Part shown: one piece after another, positions 40,163-49,378 of the stretch
Position numbering within the stretch: position 1 is the first letter of the stretch
How the letters are laid out: each line of letters starts with the position of its first letter
Assembly: GCA_021734065.1 (NCBI GenBank)
Contig: JAIPJQ010000005.1
Location: 1-49,378 of the forward strand
Direction: 5' to 3'
DNA length: 49,378 bases
Source of the DNA: Fidelibacterota bacterium
GTDB taxonomy: Bacteria > Fidelibacterota > UBA8477
Notes under the pieces: generated by a model
Seen by the model: only the letters and a program-made list of their open reading frames with translations
The model's database searches: none
What the model was told of the DNA's origin: nothing
Made by a program: the position numbers and the translations under genes

Positions 40163-41236
40163 CTATTCTTGCATGGAATCATTGTTTGGAATATGGACCG
40201 TCTTACCCAGGGGTAGGGTAACAAAGGCATCATCCGGTAAACCCTCTGCCAGAGTGGCAGCATTCAGTCTCTCAACCGGTTCCTGAATCGGTTCGTCGGT
40301 CAGAATAAAAGTTCCCCAGTGCATACCAATAGAAAATTGGGAGCGAATGTCCTGATGAATACGTACGGCTTCTTCCGGATTTACATGATGATTCTTCATG
40401 ATCCAGCGTGGATCGTACGCGCCAATGGGAATAAGTGCCAGATCGAATGGCCCCCAATCGGTACCGATCTGCTTAAATTGGATTGGGTTATAGCCGGTAT
40501 CGCCCCCAAACCAGAGCCGTTGCTCCGTGCCAATAATCGCCCAGCCGGCCCATAAGGTTTCATTTCTGTTAAAAGGCGTCCGCCCACTGAAATGTTGGGT
40601 GGGTGTACAAACAATTTTCAGATTCTCAATCCGGGTTGAGTCCCACCAATCCAATTCCTGTACCGTTTGGATCCCCAGATCCTCAAACCACTGCTTCACC
40701 TTCAACGGAACCAACCATTGCGCGGTTGTGCCCAGGTGCTCCACGGTCGTCCTATCCAAATGGTCATAATGATTATGTGAAATGACAATCACATCAATCG
40801 GTGGCAGACTTTCCATTGAAAATGCTGGCGGTGAAAGCCGTTTGGGACCGGCCCATTGAACCGGGGAGCAGCGATCAGAAAAAATGGGGTCCGTGAGGAT
40901 ATTCATTCCATCTAATTGCACCAGAAATGTACTGTGACCCAGCCAGGTTACCTGTAAACCACCATCAGCAGGCGTGTGGATCGTTTGAAATTCGGGTTTA
41001 ACACGCGGGACTGCCCGGGCGATCAAGCTGTCCGCTGGGTTTGGTATTTCCCTTTCCTAAAACCATTTCATGAGCTTTTTGAATCCGGGTTCAGATTCCT
41101 GCGAGACATACGGATTTACAAAACCACCATCCGGATGATGATGCGCTGGTGATATCCCGCTTTCAAGTTGCCCGTGGCAGCCAATGGTCAGCCAGAAAAT
41201 AAGAATGTGAAAAATTGAGCTTCGTGCCATGGTCAT
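40163..41236 (-). pseudogene. NAPE-PLD/RomA-like metallo-beta-lactamase-fold lipoprotein interrupted by a single in-frame TAG (41057-41059)
   Basis: The reading MTMARSSIFHILIFWLTIGC...HH.DGGFVNP...KKLMKWF-TAG-EREIPNPADSLIARAVP stays in one frame. The downstream part has TWLGHST, TDPIFS, SHNHYDHLD, QHFSGR, GDTGY, PIGAY.PRW and MHWGTF. Confidence 0.8.
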
Positions 41237-41320
41237 TAATATCCGATCCTGAAAATTAGCTGGTAGAATAATTTGCACCTGACCATTTCGCAAGTTCATG
41301 TGAGGCTGATTTTTATCAAC

Positions 41321-41349
41321 TTGGAAACACACCACTCCCAAGATATAAT
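41321..41349 (+). promoter_or_regulatory. Putative sigma70 promoter yielding a leaderless SDR transcript
   Basis: TTGGAA (41321-41326), 17-nt spacer, TATAAT (41344-41349), then 7 nt to ATG 41357. No Shine-Dalgarno site. Confidence 0.6.
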
Positions 41350-41356
41350 AGCCGCC

Positions 41357-42037
41357 ATGCAGAAAACCATACTCATAACTGGTTCGAATCGCGGAATTGG
41401 ACTGGCACTGACTGAAGCTTTCATGAAGCAGGGTTACCGCGTCCTGGGGACAGCGCGCCAACCGGAAAAAGCCGTGCAACTGGGTAAACTGCTCCCCGAA
41501 AAAGATATTCTCCGTCTGGATGTATCTCAGGAGGATAGTATTGGCGAGTTTGGTGTGTTTTTAGAACAGCGGAATATCCAACTCACAGGGCTGATTAATA
41601 ATGCCGGTGTGTATGGTGGCCGGGAAGGTTTTTCAGAAATTGAATCTGCCATTTTGATGGAAACATTTCTGGTGAATGCTGTGGGTCCGCTCATGGTACT
41701 TAAAAGCTGTCTGCCTGTTTTGACTCCCGGCGCTAAAGTCATGAATGTCTCCTCCAATATGGGTTCGATTACCAATGCTGGTGGCCGGCATTACGCCTAC
41801 CGCATGTCCAAATCCGCATTGAATATGGCTACCCGTATTCTCAGTATCGATTTTCCTGCTGATCGTTTCATTTTTGTCAGTGTTCACCCCGGGTGGGTTC
41901 AAACCGACATGGGCGGGGAACACGCCAATATTACCCCGCAGCAGAGCGCTGAAGCGCTTCTCACAGTTTATCTGAACCTCGATTCCGGTGATTCAGGAAA
42001 GTTTTTCAGTTACACAGGAAAGACACTGGAATGGTGA
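41357..42037 (+). CDS. Short-chain dehydrogenase/reductase (CsgA/C-factor-like subgroup)
   Basis: ITGSNRGIG, INNAG, SS.MGSI, YRMSK.ALNM and HPGWVQTDMGG. Confidence 0.93.
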   Translation: MQKTILITGSNRGIGLALTEAFMKQGYRVLGTARQPEKAVQLGKLLPEKDILRLDVSQEDSIGEFGVFLEQRNIQLTGLINNAGVYGGREGFSEIESAILMETFLVNAVGPLMVLKSCLPVLTPGAKVMNVSSNMGSITNAGGRHYAYRMSKSALNMATRILSIDFPADRFIFVSVHPGWVQTDMGGEHANITPQQSAEALLTVYLNLDSGDSGKFFSYTGKTLEW

Positions 42038-42217
42038 TTATTATCACCAACAATTAACCAATCTTTCATATATTATTCCCGAATTTACCATCACGAGCAT
42101 ATCCCCATTTCCTCAGTTTGTAACAATTAGCACGGTTCTTGCATCATACCTCCGCGAGTAAACGATAGCCGCAGAAATACGATGATAAAAGTAACCGACC
42201 ACGACTGAACAACCTCT

Positions 42218-43714
42218 ATGCTGAACTTATTTACAGATAAAAAAAACCGCCTGCTGATCCTACTATCCGGGATATTGGTTTCAGTAACCACTTTGTATTA
42301 TTGTAGTAGTAATTCTACCGGTAATCACGATTCGGTGTTGTCCGGCGATTTGACGGCTGCAGATAGTGCAGAAATATACGCAAAATCCACTATGGCTCGT
42401 ATTCGAGCAAAAAATGAGCTGGTCGTTCTGACACACTTCAATGCCAATAGCTATTTTATTTATCGCGGTCAACCCATGGGGTATGACTACGAGTTGTTAC
42501 AATTATTTGCCGGGGAGTTGGGTGTAAAACTCAAAATAATTGCTCTGAACAGCTGGTCCGAGATGGAACCGGCTTTGATGGCCGGTGACGGTGACATGAT
42601 CGGTACCGGGATGACAGTTACTCAAAACAATGGGAAATCTTTGGAATTTACAGATCCCTTGCGATCCACTCGTCAGGTTCTGATTCAGCGAATGCCCGAT
42701 AACTGGCAGAGGTTGAGAGAGCATGAAATCGAGAATCTGCTCATCAGGAATCCCATTGATTTACGCAATCAAACCGTGAGTGTACACGCTAATTCAGCTT
42801 TTTCCGATCGGCTGGAAAATTTATCCCAGGAAATTGGCGGGGACATTTATGTTGATTCTGTTCCTGATTCAATTGGAATTGATGGCATGATTCGTCTGGT
42901 TTCTGAAGGTGAAATTGAATACACCATTGCTAATGAAGATGAAGCGCTGCTGTATCAATCACTCTATCCCAATATTGATGTGGGAACACCCATTAGTTTT
43001 ACACAGCATATTGCCTGGGCGGTTCGTGAAGATTCACCCTTCTTGCAGAATGCGGTCAATGACTGGCTGAATCAGATGCAGTCAACTTATGATCCTACCT
43101 ACAATGTCATTTACAATAAGTACTTCAAGAACATGTCCGCATTTCGACGCCGTGTGTACAGTGATTATTTTTCCATGAATGGCAGTCGTATTTCGGCATT
43201 TGATGATTTATTCAAATCCCACGCCTCCCGGATTGGATGGGACTGGCGATTACTGGCCGCACAGGCTTTCGAGGAATCCCGGTTCAACAGACATATCGAG
43301 TCCTGGATGGGGGCTGTGGGTATCATGCAGCTTCTGCCTTCCACGGGTGAGCGGTTTGGTGCCAAGGATTTACGAAACCCATCGGAAAATATTCTAGCCG
43401 GTACCAATTATCTGAAATGGCTGGAGCGTTACTGGGAGCGGGAAATTGCCGACCCGGCCGAGCGCATGAAGTTCATCCTGGCCTCCTATAATGCCGGGCA
43501 GGGACATATTCAGGATGCTCGTCGTTTGGCCGCTAAATATGGCTATAATCGCAATGTGTGGGATGACAACGTGGCGGTTTTTCTGCTTAAAAAATCTAAT
43601 AAGAAATATTACAGCGACCCGGTAGTACGCTTTGGGTATTGCCGCGGGGATGAAGCCTATCAATATGTTAAGGACATTCTGGAGCGCTATGAGCATTATA
43701 AATTGCTCACCTGA
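42218..43714 (+). CDS. mltF: MltF-like lytic transglycosylase (substrate-binding domain + SLT domain)
   Basis: SYFIYRGQPMGYDYEL..FA..LG, AWAVR..S..L, DWRLLAA....ESRFN (catalytic Glu), GIMQL and LASYNAG.GH..DAR. Confidence 0.85.
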   Translation: MLNLFTDKKNRLLILLSGILVSVTTLYYCSSNSTGNHDSVLSGDLTAADSAEIYAKSTMARIRAKNELVVLTHFNANSYFIYRGQPMGYDYELLQLFAGELGVKLKIIALNSWSEMEPALMAGDGDMIGTGMTVTQNNGKSLEFTDPLRSTRQVLIQRMPDNWQRLREHEIENLLIRNPIDLRNQTVSVHANSAFSDRLENLSQEIGGDIYVDSVPDSIGIDGMIRLVSEGEIEYTIANEDEALLYQSLYPNIDVGTPISFTQHIAWAVREDSPFLQNAVNDWLNQMQSTYDPTYNVIYNKYFKNMSAFRRRVYSDYFSMNGSRISAFDDLFKSHASRIGWDWRLLAAQAFEESRFNRHIESWMGAVGIMQLLPSTGERFGAKDLRNPSENILAGTNYLKWLERYWEREIADPAERMKFILASYNAGQGHIQDARRLAAKYGYNRNVWDDNVAVFLLKKSNKKYYSDPVVRFGYCRGDEAYQYVKDILERYEHYKLLT

Positions 43715-43757
43715 AATCCATGTGAATTTTGTTCTGCCGGAGTGATATTTGGGAAAA

Positions 43758-44336
43758 ATGGGAATGATAACTATGTTGGGCTTTATTTTAGCCGCCATCT
43801 CGTTAATAATCGTACTGAGCGTATTTGCTATAAATCGCAAAAATATCAAAAAATCACCCCGGAAACACTGGATGATCTGGGCTGGATTAATCATCCTTCC
43901 CGCATCCTTGTTCTGGATTGGGTATGAATCATCCGTCTTGTCATTCAATATGCAGACGCGTAGCTGGCAAGCCGCTCCAGGCGTTATTTTGAAATCAGAG
44001 GTTAGTGGCGAACGGGCTATCCATCCGGCCATTACTGTCCGTTATACGGCAGGGGATGTGATACATTCCTTCACAACGGATCTTTTTGCTCCCGGATTTG
44101 GCGTACGCTCAAACCGACGCGATCAGGCGGAAAAATTGGTGGCAGAATATCCAGCCGGAGATACAGTCACAGTATATGTAAATCCCGATAATCTGTTACA
44201 GGCACGGATCCATCCCGGACCTGCCTGGAACCATTACTTGCGGGTTGGACTTGCCATGCTTTTCACCAGCCTTGGTTTTTGGTTGATTTTGGTATATTTG
44301 GGAAGCCGTGGGGAAAAAGAGGCTTTTCAACGGTAG
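43758..44336 (+). CDS. DUF3592-domain membrane protein
   Basis: TM segments flank SW....G.I..S.V...P...Y......YP.G..V.VYVNP.N...A. The start may be 43749, 43758 or 43764. Confidence 0.7.
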   Translation: MGMITMLGFILAAISLIIVLSVFAINRKNIKKSPRKHWMIWAGLIILPASLFWIGYESSVLSFNMQTRSWQAAPGVILKSEVSGERAIHPAITVRYTAGDVIHSFTTDLFAPGFGVRSNRRDQAEKLVAEYPAGDTVTVYVNPDNLLQARIHPGPAWNHYLRVGLAMLFTSLGFWLILVYLGSRGEKEAFQR

Positions 44337-44397
44337 CAGAATTGAAAAAAATAATTATGTTATACCAAGCTATCGGGATGGAAAAAATAGGTTTGAA

Positions 44398-44991
44398 ATG
44401 AAGCGTGAATTTTCTTGGTTAACAGGTCTGCTATGGGCCGTCTCCGCTGTAGGTTACATCATCTTTTTAACCGGAATCGTTGCATTATTATGGGGTGTGG
44501 AAAAATTCGTGGCCAGTCCGGGTTCCGAAGCCTCCGCGCTGGATCTGATGGTGATCGGATTTTTTGCTTTCAGTGGCTTAATCGTGGGGACAGTGATGCA
44601 GGTTTTCCGGGTGGCAGTGAGCCTCAATGACAAAGCATTAAAAATCATAGAGCAGGTTGAACTGTTGGATGTGCGTATTCGCAGCGTTGTTCCGCAAAAT
44701 CGCCAATTGAAACAGTTGGATTCCCTGAAAGATTTGGTGGATGTGAACCGGGAGATGCTGGATAATTTGAAATCCATGGAAACGGTTCAGAGTGAGGTAA
44801 AAAAGGGGATTAAAACTGCGAAAACAGACCCGGAGGCTGAACCATCCAAACAGAGGAAACACCGCAAATCTGATTCGGATCCGGTCACGATCATGCAGGA
44901 TGAACAGAAATGGGAATGCCCCAATTGCCATGCGGAAAACCCGGGTTACCTGTTTAAATGCCGCGAGTGTGGCAAAGAAGTGAACCGGTAG
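44398..44991 (+). CDS. Two-TM membrane protein with coiled coil and C-terminal RanBP2-like zinc ribbon
   Basis: Two hydrophobic helices, a heptad-rich middle region and WECPNCHAENPGYLFKCRECG (W-x-C-x2-C-x3-N-x6-C-x2-C). Confidence 0.75.
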   Translation: MKREFSWLTGLLWAVSAVGYIIFLTGIVALLWGVEKFVASPGSEASALDLMVIGFFAFSGLIVGTVMQVFRVAVSLNDKALKIIEQVELLDVRIRSVVPQNRQLKQLDSLKDLVDVNREMLDNLKSMETVQSEVKKGIKTAKTDPEAEPSKQRKHRKSDSDPVTIMQDEQKWECPNCHAENPGYLFKCRECGKEVNR

Positions 44992-45008
44992 CTCCTCTAA
45001 TTTAGCGG

Positions 45009-48000
45009 CTATTTAATCATCGTTACTTTTCTAACCGCCTCCACATTTTTCCCACGTAATCTGAGATAATACACACCCGATCCCAGCACATGACCATTCT
45101 CGTCCGTGCCGTCCCAGGTGATGGAATAATTTCCCGCCGGGTGGGGGTGGGCGTCAGAGATGAGGGTTTTCACCAGTCGGCCCCGAATGTCATAAACAGT
45201 CATCTGAATATGTGAAATCGTGCTGAGTGAATAGGGTATGGTGGTGGATGCGTTAAATGGATTGGGATAATTTGCTTCCAATGCAAATTGCGCCGGTATC
45301 GTCTGTTCCGATGTGAGTCCGGTGGGGGATGTGATGACTATATCATCAATAGCCCAACCCCAACCGGTTACATATTCATCGGCGAAAAGCCGGAATCGAA
45401 TGCGAATGGTATCACCAGTGGCGTAAAAGTCATTCAGGTCGATGGAATGTTGCCGCAGAAGGTTTTGGGATCCGTCTGAACCAGCATTGTAGGCATTCTC
45501 CCAGGCATCATCAAACCGGGCATCATACGGATCTATGAACATTGTCCAGTTCGAACCATCAAGCGAGCCCTCAACCGTCACATAATCCCATATCACCTGA
45601 TCCGGATAGGAAGAACCCGGTTCGCCGGGCTCCACCAGCGCCACATCAGAATAGGTCAAAATCGACGCCTCAGTGATGATGATGGGGGGTGCAAGATATG
45701 TTTGATAATTCTGACCGGAAGCATAGGGGTGTAATGTTTGGAGGATATTCGAATCAAATCCGGGAGCAGCACCGCTCTCCATATCACCAACCATGAGTAC
45801 ACCTGTGCTGTCAAAATTTGCTGCAAAATTGGAGACAGGTGCAAAGAGTGATACGGACTGAGATTCGCTGGGATAAGCAAATCCGTCTGTATAGCCCACC
45901 ACAGTCACGCCAAGCGTGTCACCGTATTCACCTGTAATTTCTGCATTCAATTCGGAGTAGGCCGTGGTTGCGCCAAAAACATGAACGGCCTGGTCATTGA
46001 CAACAACCTGCACTGAATCATGATCACTGCGTGTGCTGAATTGAATCTGAATGCTTGTATTATTAGGTGGTGGCGGATCAATTTGAGCCAGAATTGGGGC
46101 GAGCGTCGGTATCTCCAGCGGTGGGAGAGAATCCAGATGAACACTCCAGATACCCCGACCATGGGTGGCAGCTGCGATTTCCTGCCCCACAATCTTAAGT
46201 CTTTTGATGGCAACCGCCGGAATGCCATTGTCAGCATACGCCCAACTATTTCCGCTGTCCATGGATATGAATAATCCGATGTCCGTTCCGACCCAGATCT
46301 GTGATGTATCGAATGGCATCACAATCAGAGTATGTACCGGCACATTTGGCAGATCATTGGTCAGATCCGTCCAGGATTGTCCCAGATCATCCGTACGGAA
46401 TATTTTTGGTGAGTAACTTACCCCAAAAGTTACGAAGGCTGTGCTGTCCAGAACGGGATGGGTACCCATACCAATCACTCTGCTGTAAGGAGCCGAACCA
46501 GGTGGTGTGACCGCATGGAAATGCCGACCATGATCTGTGGAAACATTTATGCCATCACGGGCAGCTGCTGCCCAGACGATATTGGAATTGGCTGCTGAGA
46601 ACTGAAAAACTTTGTAGGAATATCCGTTAAATTCACCCTGAATACCCTCCCAGTTATCACCACCATCTGCTGTGCGGTATACAAAATTACCATCTCCCAC
46701 GACCAGCAGGACATCCGAATCCCGGGGGTCCATGGCCAGGCTGGTGTAGAAAACACTACTTTGGGGTAAGCCACCCTCAACACTCTGAAAATGACTCCCG
46801 CCATCGGTGCTTTTAAAGAGTCGGGAGTAATACAAAGACCCGTAAACGATATTGCCATCGTACTTATTCCAGGCGCATTCAAAACCATCACCACCGATAA
46901 CTTCATCCCAACTGCTGCCCTGATCTGGTGAAAGGGGCGAACGATTGGTGCCATTATCCTGTGTACCACCCAGAAATTGTGCATGTACCGGATGTTTGTC
47001 GGCATCATAGAATTGGGTCACATTATAGCCATTATCCCGCATGGACCAGGTATTTCCATTGTCAGGTGAATAGAAAACACCGCCGTCATTCCCGGCCACA
47101 ATAGCGTATTGGTTTTCTTCAGTGGGTATTGTCACAAGAATATGTTGATCCGCATGGACGTAGGGATACCCGGCATCCGGATACCAGTTGGAAATCTTGG
47201 CCACGGACATGGATGAGGTATTTGCCGTTACCCGGTAGAGGTCAATGCCGCCCACAATGATCTCGTTGGGATTGTGGGGTGAGACCACCAGCGTATTGTC
47301 GTACCAGCCCTGGCCGCCCAGCCAATTGGGTGAATTTCCCAGATATGACCAATTTTCGCCCGCATTTGACGACCGGTAAAAACCTCCCAAACTGCTACTG
47401 GCTGTGGTGAGCGTGGCATATAAAACGGAGGTGTCAGAAGGGGCAATAGCCAACTCAATCCGCGCGAAACTCCCATTAAACGAACCCACGGATGACCAGG
47501 TGACGCCGCCATCGGTTGATTTAACCACACCTTCTCCATTTATTCCCGCGTACTGGGTATGGAAATTTTGGGGATTGGCAATGATATGCTGGACACGACC
47601 ACCAGGATTATACACTTCATTCCAGGAAGCGCCACCATCCACGGATCGATAAATCCCTTCATTAGTAGCTACAAGCAGGAGATCAGGATTGGTGGGATGC
47701 ACGATGATTCGATTAACATATTTAAAATGAGGCTGTCCGGCTGTGCTGTTGAGCTGCTGCCAGGATTCACCGTGGTCAGTGGATTTGAACAAACCGTCAC
47801 CGATAACCGCATCAAAATTGTAAAATCCCTCGCCGGTTCCCGCGTACGTCACATTAGGTTGGGAATCACACTGGGCTAAAGCGGTGATTGACAGAATCGG
47901 CAGGTCGTCAGATACGGGTCTCCACGATTGTCCCGCGTTTTCCGTCTTCCAGATGCCACCACCAACAGCGCCGGCGATCCAGACGGAACTGGAATCGGGA

Positions 48001-48425
48001 TGGACCAGAATCGCCCGGGTGCGTCCACCTACATTTGCGGGACCACGCTCAACCCATGGTAATACTTCACGACGCGCCAACCGGCGATTCGCTCGTGCTT
48101 CACGCAATGCCTCAAACCGATAACTTCCGGAGTAACTGTAGGGTCCATCAATCTCCGAACGCAGCATCACCTCAAGCGCCATGGCCTCGTCTGGTTTATC
48201 ATATTTCGAATTTTTATTGACCTGTGCATTGGGATCAGCGCTCGCTTCCCGGCGGCGTCGTTCCATCTTTTGGTCATAGGCATAGGCCATGAGTCCTTCG
48301 GCCGTGGACAAATCGTATTTGAGTTTGGGGTGGACGGGTTGCTCATTTCTATCAGATTGACGAATGAGAAGTATTATGGCAAAAGCCGCTATTGCACTGA
48401 TTGTCAGCAATATATTGCGTTTCAT
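45009..48425 (-). CDS. Secreted VPS10/sortilin-like BNR (Asp-box) repeat protein with jelly-roll domain and T9SS type-A/FlgD-Ig CTD
   Basis: W..RGP.NVGGRTRA. About 11 [ST]xDxGx[ST][WF] Asp-boxes. HADQH. IRFRLF.D....GWGWAIDDI. C-terminus LEANYPNPFN..TTI.Y...YDIRGRLV..L...WDG.D..G....SGVYY...KVTMIK. Confidence 0.9.
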   Translation of the reverse strand: MKRNILLTISAIAAFAIILLIRQSDRNEQPVHPKLKYDLSTAEGLMAYAYDQKMERRRREASADPNAQVNKNSKYDKPDEAMALEVMLRSEIDGPYSYSGSYRFEALREARANRRLARREVLPWVERGPANVGGRTRAILVHPDSSSVWIAGAVGGGIWKTENAGQSWRPVSDDLPILSITALAQCDSQPNVTYAGTGEGFYNFDAVIGDGLFKSTDHGESWQQLNSTAGQPHFKYVNRIIVHPTNPDLLLVATNEGIYRSVDGGASWNEVYNPGGRVQHIIANPQNFHTQYAGINGEGVVKSTDGGVTWSSVGSFNGSFARIELAIAPSDTSVLYATLTTASSSLGGFYRSSNAGENWSYLGNSPNWLGGQGWYDNTLVVSPHNPNEIIVGGIDLYRVTANTSSMSVAKISNWYPDAGYPYVHADQHILVTIPTEENQYAIVAGNDGGVFYSPDNGNTWSMRDNGYNVTQFYDADKHPVHAQFLGGTQDNGTNRSPLSPDQGSSWDEVIGGDGFECAWNKYDGNIVYGSLYYSRLFKSTDGGSHFQSVEGGLPQSSVFYTSLAMDPRDSDVLLVVGDGNFVYRTADGGDNWEGIQGEFNGYSYKVFQFSAANSNIVWAAAARDGINVSTDHGRHFHAVTPPGSAPYSRVIGMGTHPVLDSTAFVTFGVSYSPKIFRTDDLGQSWTDLTNDLPNVPVHTLIVMPFDTSQIWVGTDIGLFISMDSGNSWAYADNGIPAVAIKRLKIVGQEIAAATHGRGIWSVHLDSLPPLEIPTLAPILAQIDPPPPNNTSIQIQFSTRSDHDSVQVVVNDQAVHVFGATTAYSELNAEITGEYGDTLGVTVVGYTDGFAYPSESQSVSLFAPVSNFAANFDSTGVLMVGDMESGAAPGFDSNILQTLHPYASGQNYQTYLAPPIIITEASILTYSDVALVEPGEPGSSYPDQVIWDYVTVEGSLDGSNWTMFIDPYDARFDDAWENAYNAGSDGSQNLLRQHSIDLNDFYATGDTIRIRFRLFADEYVTGWGWAIDDIVITSPTGLTSEQTIPAQFALEANYPNPFNASTTIPYSLSTISHIQMTVYDIRGRLVKTLISDAHPHPAGNYSITWDGTDENGHVLGSGVYYLRLRGKNVEAVRKVTMIK

Positions 48426-48443
48426 GTAAACTCCGGTTTATGA

Positions 48444-49378
48444 TTAATAATTGATTCCAATGCCAACACGGGCACGCCGTCGATAATCAATCGCGCCCGG
48501 ATCTTCCAATAAACCACCCGGCCGTCCGGCTGTATCCATCCATAAGATATTTTCAGCATCCAACAGATTCATCGTCTCGACAAACAGGTATGCGGAGGTG
48601 TGATTTGTAATTTCAAATGACCGGTGCAACCGGATATCCACAGTTGTGGTGGACTCCATACGGGCATTGTTGGGATGGGTTACTTCTGCCTGATCCAGCG
48701 TGTAGGGAAACGGGCTGTTGTAGCGCCACAAAATATTGATACCGCCCCAGCCGGGTCTTTTCATGTCCAGATTCAATACCAGTGTATGACGCTGGTCCCA
48801 ACTGAGATAGTATTGGTTTACCGGTACACGATAACCCTGCTGAATCCAGCTGAATTTCTCAAATGAACTTGATCCGGTCCCTGTTCCAATCATGTATGTG
48901 TAGCTGATTTTACCGGATATGTTTTCATTATACGTGCGCTTCAGATAGATCTCCAACCCCTGAATATTGACCATGGCCAGATTCACAAATTGGGTGTATC
49001 CACTGCTACGATAAACATCCGTGGAAGTAACGGATTTATATGTATTTGCATCCACCAGATTGGTCGCTTCTTTCTTGAAAATGGTGAAATCAATCATGGT
49101 GGATTTCGTCATTTCACCACGGCAACTCACTTCCCACATCACCGTCTTGGCAGGACGCAGATCCGGATCGCCCAATGGTGAAAATCCATTTGCCTGATTG
49201 TAGTTGGAGTTGGTGTACAGGTAGTCGAACAGGGGCATTTGGAAAAACCAGCCGTAGTTCATATGAATCACGGCGGTGGAGGTGATGGGGAAAGCCACAC
49301 CCAGTCGCGGACTCACCTGATGTTTGGGTGTTGCTTCCACCATTTCATCATAATTCAAAATCCAGGTTTCTCTGTTAT
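48444..49378 (-). CDS. TonB-dependent receptor 3, C-terminal barrel part (5'-partial)
   Basis: The frame is open to the window edge. SPRLGVAFPI, HMNYGWFFQMP, GDPDL.P.KTV..E, SWDQRHT, NLLD..N and the C-terminal RARVGIGINY match the family of TBDR1/2. Confidence 0.88.
   Translation of the reverse strand, partial: NRETWILNYDEMVEATPKHQVSPRLGVAFPITSTAVIHMNYGWFFQMPLFDYLYTNSNYNQANGFSPLGDPDLRPAKTVMWEVSCRGEMTKSTMIDFTIFKKEATNLVDANTYKSVTSTDVYRSSGYTQFVNLAMVNIQGLEIYLKRTYNENISGKISYTYMIGTGTGSSSFEKFSWIQQGYRVPVNQYYLSWDQRHTLVLNLDMKRPGWGGINILWRYNSPFPYTLDQAEVTHPNNARMESTTTVDIRLHRSFEITNHTSAYLFVETMNLLDAENILWMDTAGRPGGLLEDPGAIDYRRRARVGIGINY

Noticed and set aside
41057-41059. Genome-wide TAG recoding or pyrrolysine
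   Set aside because: TAG terminates several genes exactly at conserved C-termini (e.g. CTD ends at 26091 and 30676), and no pyl genes are in the window.

Overview
This is a ~50% GC bacterial chromosome segment, most likely from a non-Bacteroidota FCB-superphylum lineage (Marinimicrobia/KSB1/Calditrichota-like). That placement is inferred from T9SS-type parts occurring together with sigma70 TTGACA/TATAAT-type promoters and GGAGG Shine-Dalgarno sites. The most notable structure (8563-27147) is a tandemly duplicated three-gene cassette: TonB-dependent receptor with acidic Ca-binding-type loop insertions, then a ~1570-aa secreted protein with a variant C-terminal sorting domain, then a PorV-like beta-barrel. 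No SusD-type lipoprotein is present. Around it are other proteins with C-terminal sorting domains (CTDs): a PorZ-like propeller, a double FG-GAP propeller, an M23 peptidase and a VPS10/BNR protein, plus a third partial TonB-dependent receptor. Housekeeping content includes acs, a phytol-kinase/DUF92 fusion, tRNA-Leu(CAG), VOC, YciI, DUF523, a sirtuin, an RNase HII-YraN fusion, ggt, lepB, a NAPE-PLD-like MBL gene broken by one in-frame TAG, an SDR and an MltF-like transglycosylase. I saw no mobile elements, CRISPR arrays or rRNA. All family assignments come from motif recognition by eye, not database searches.
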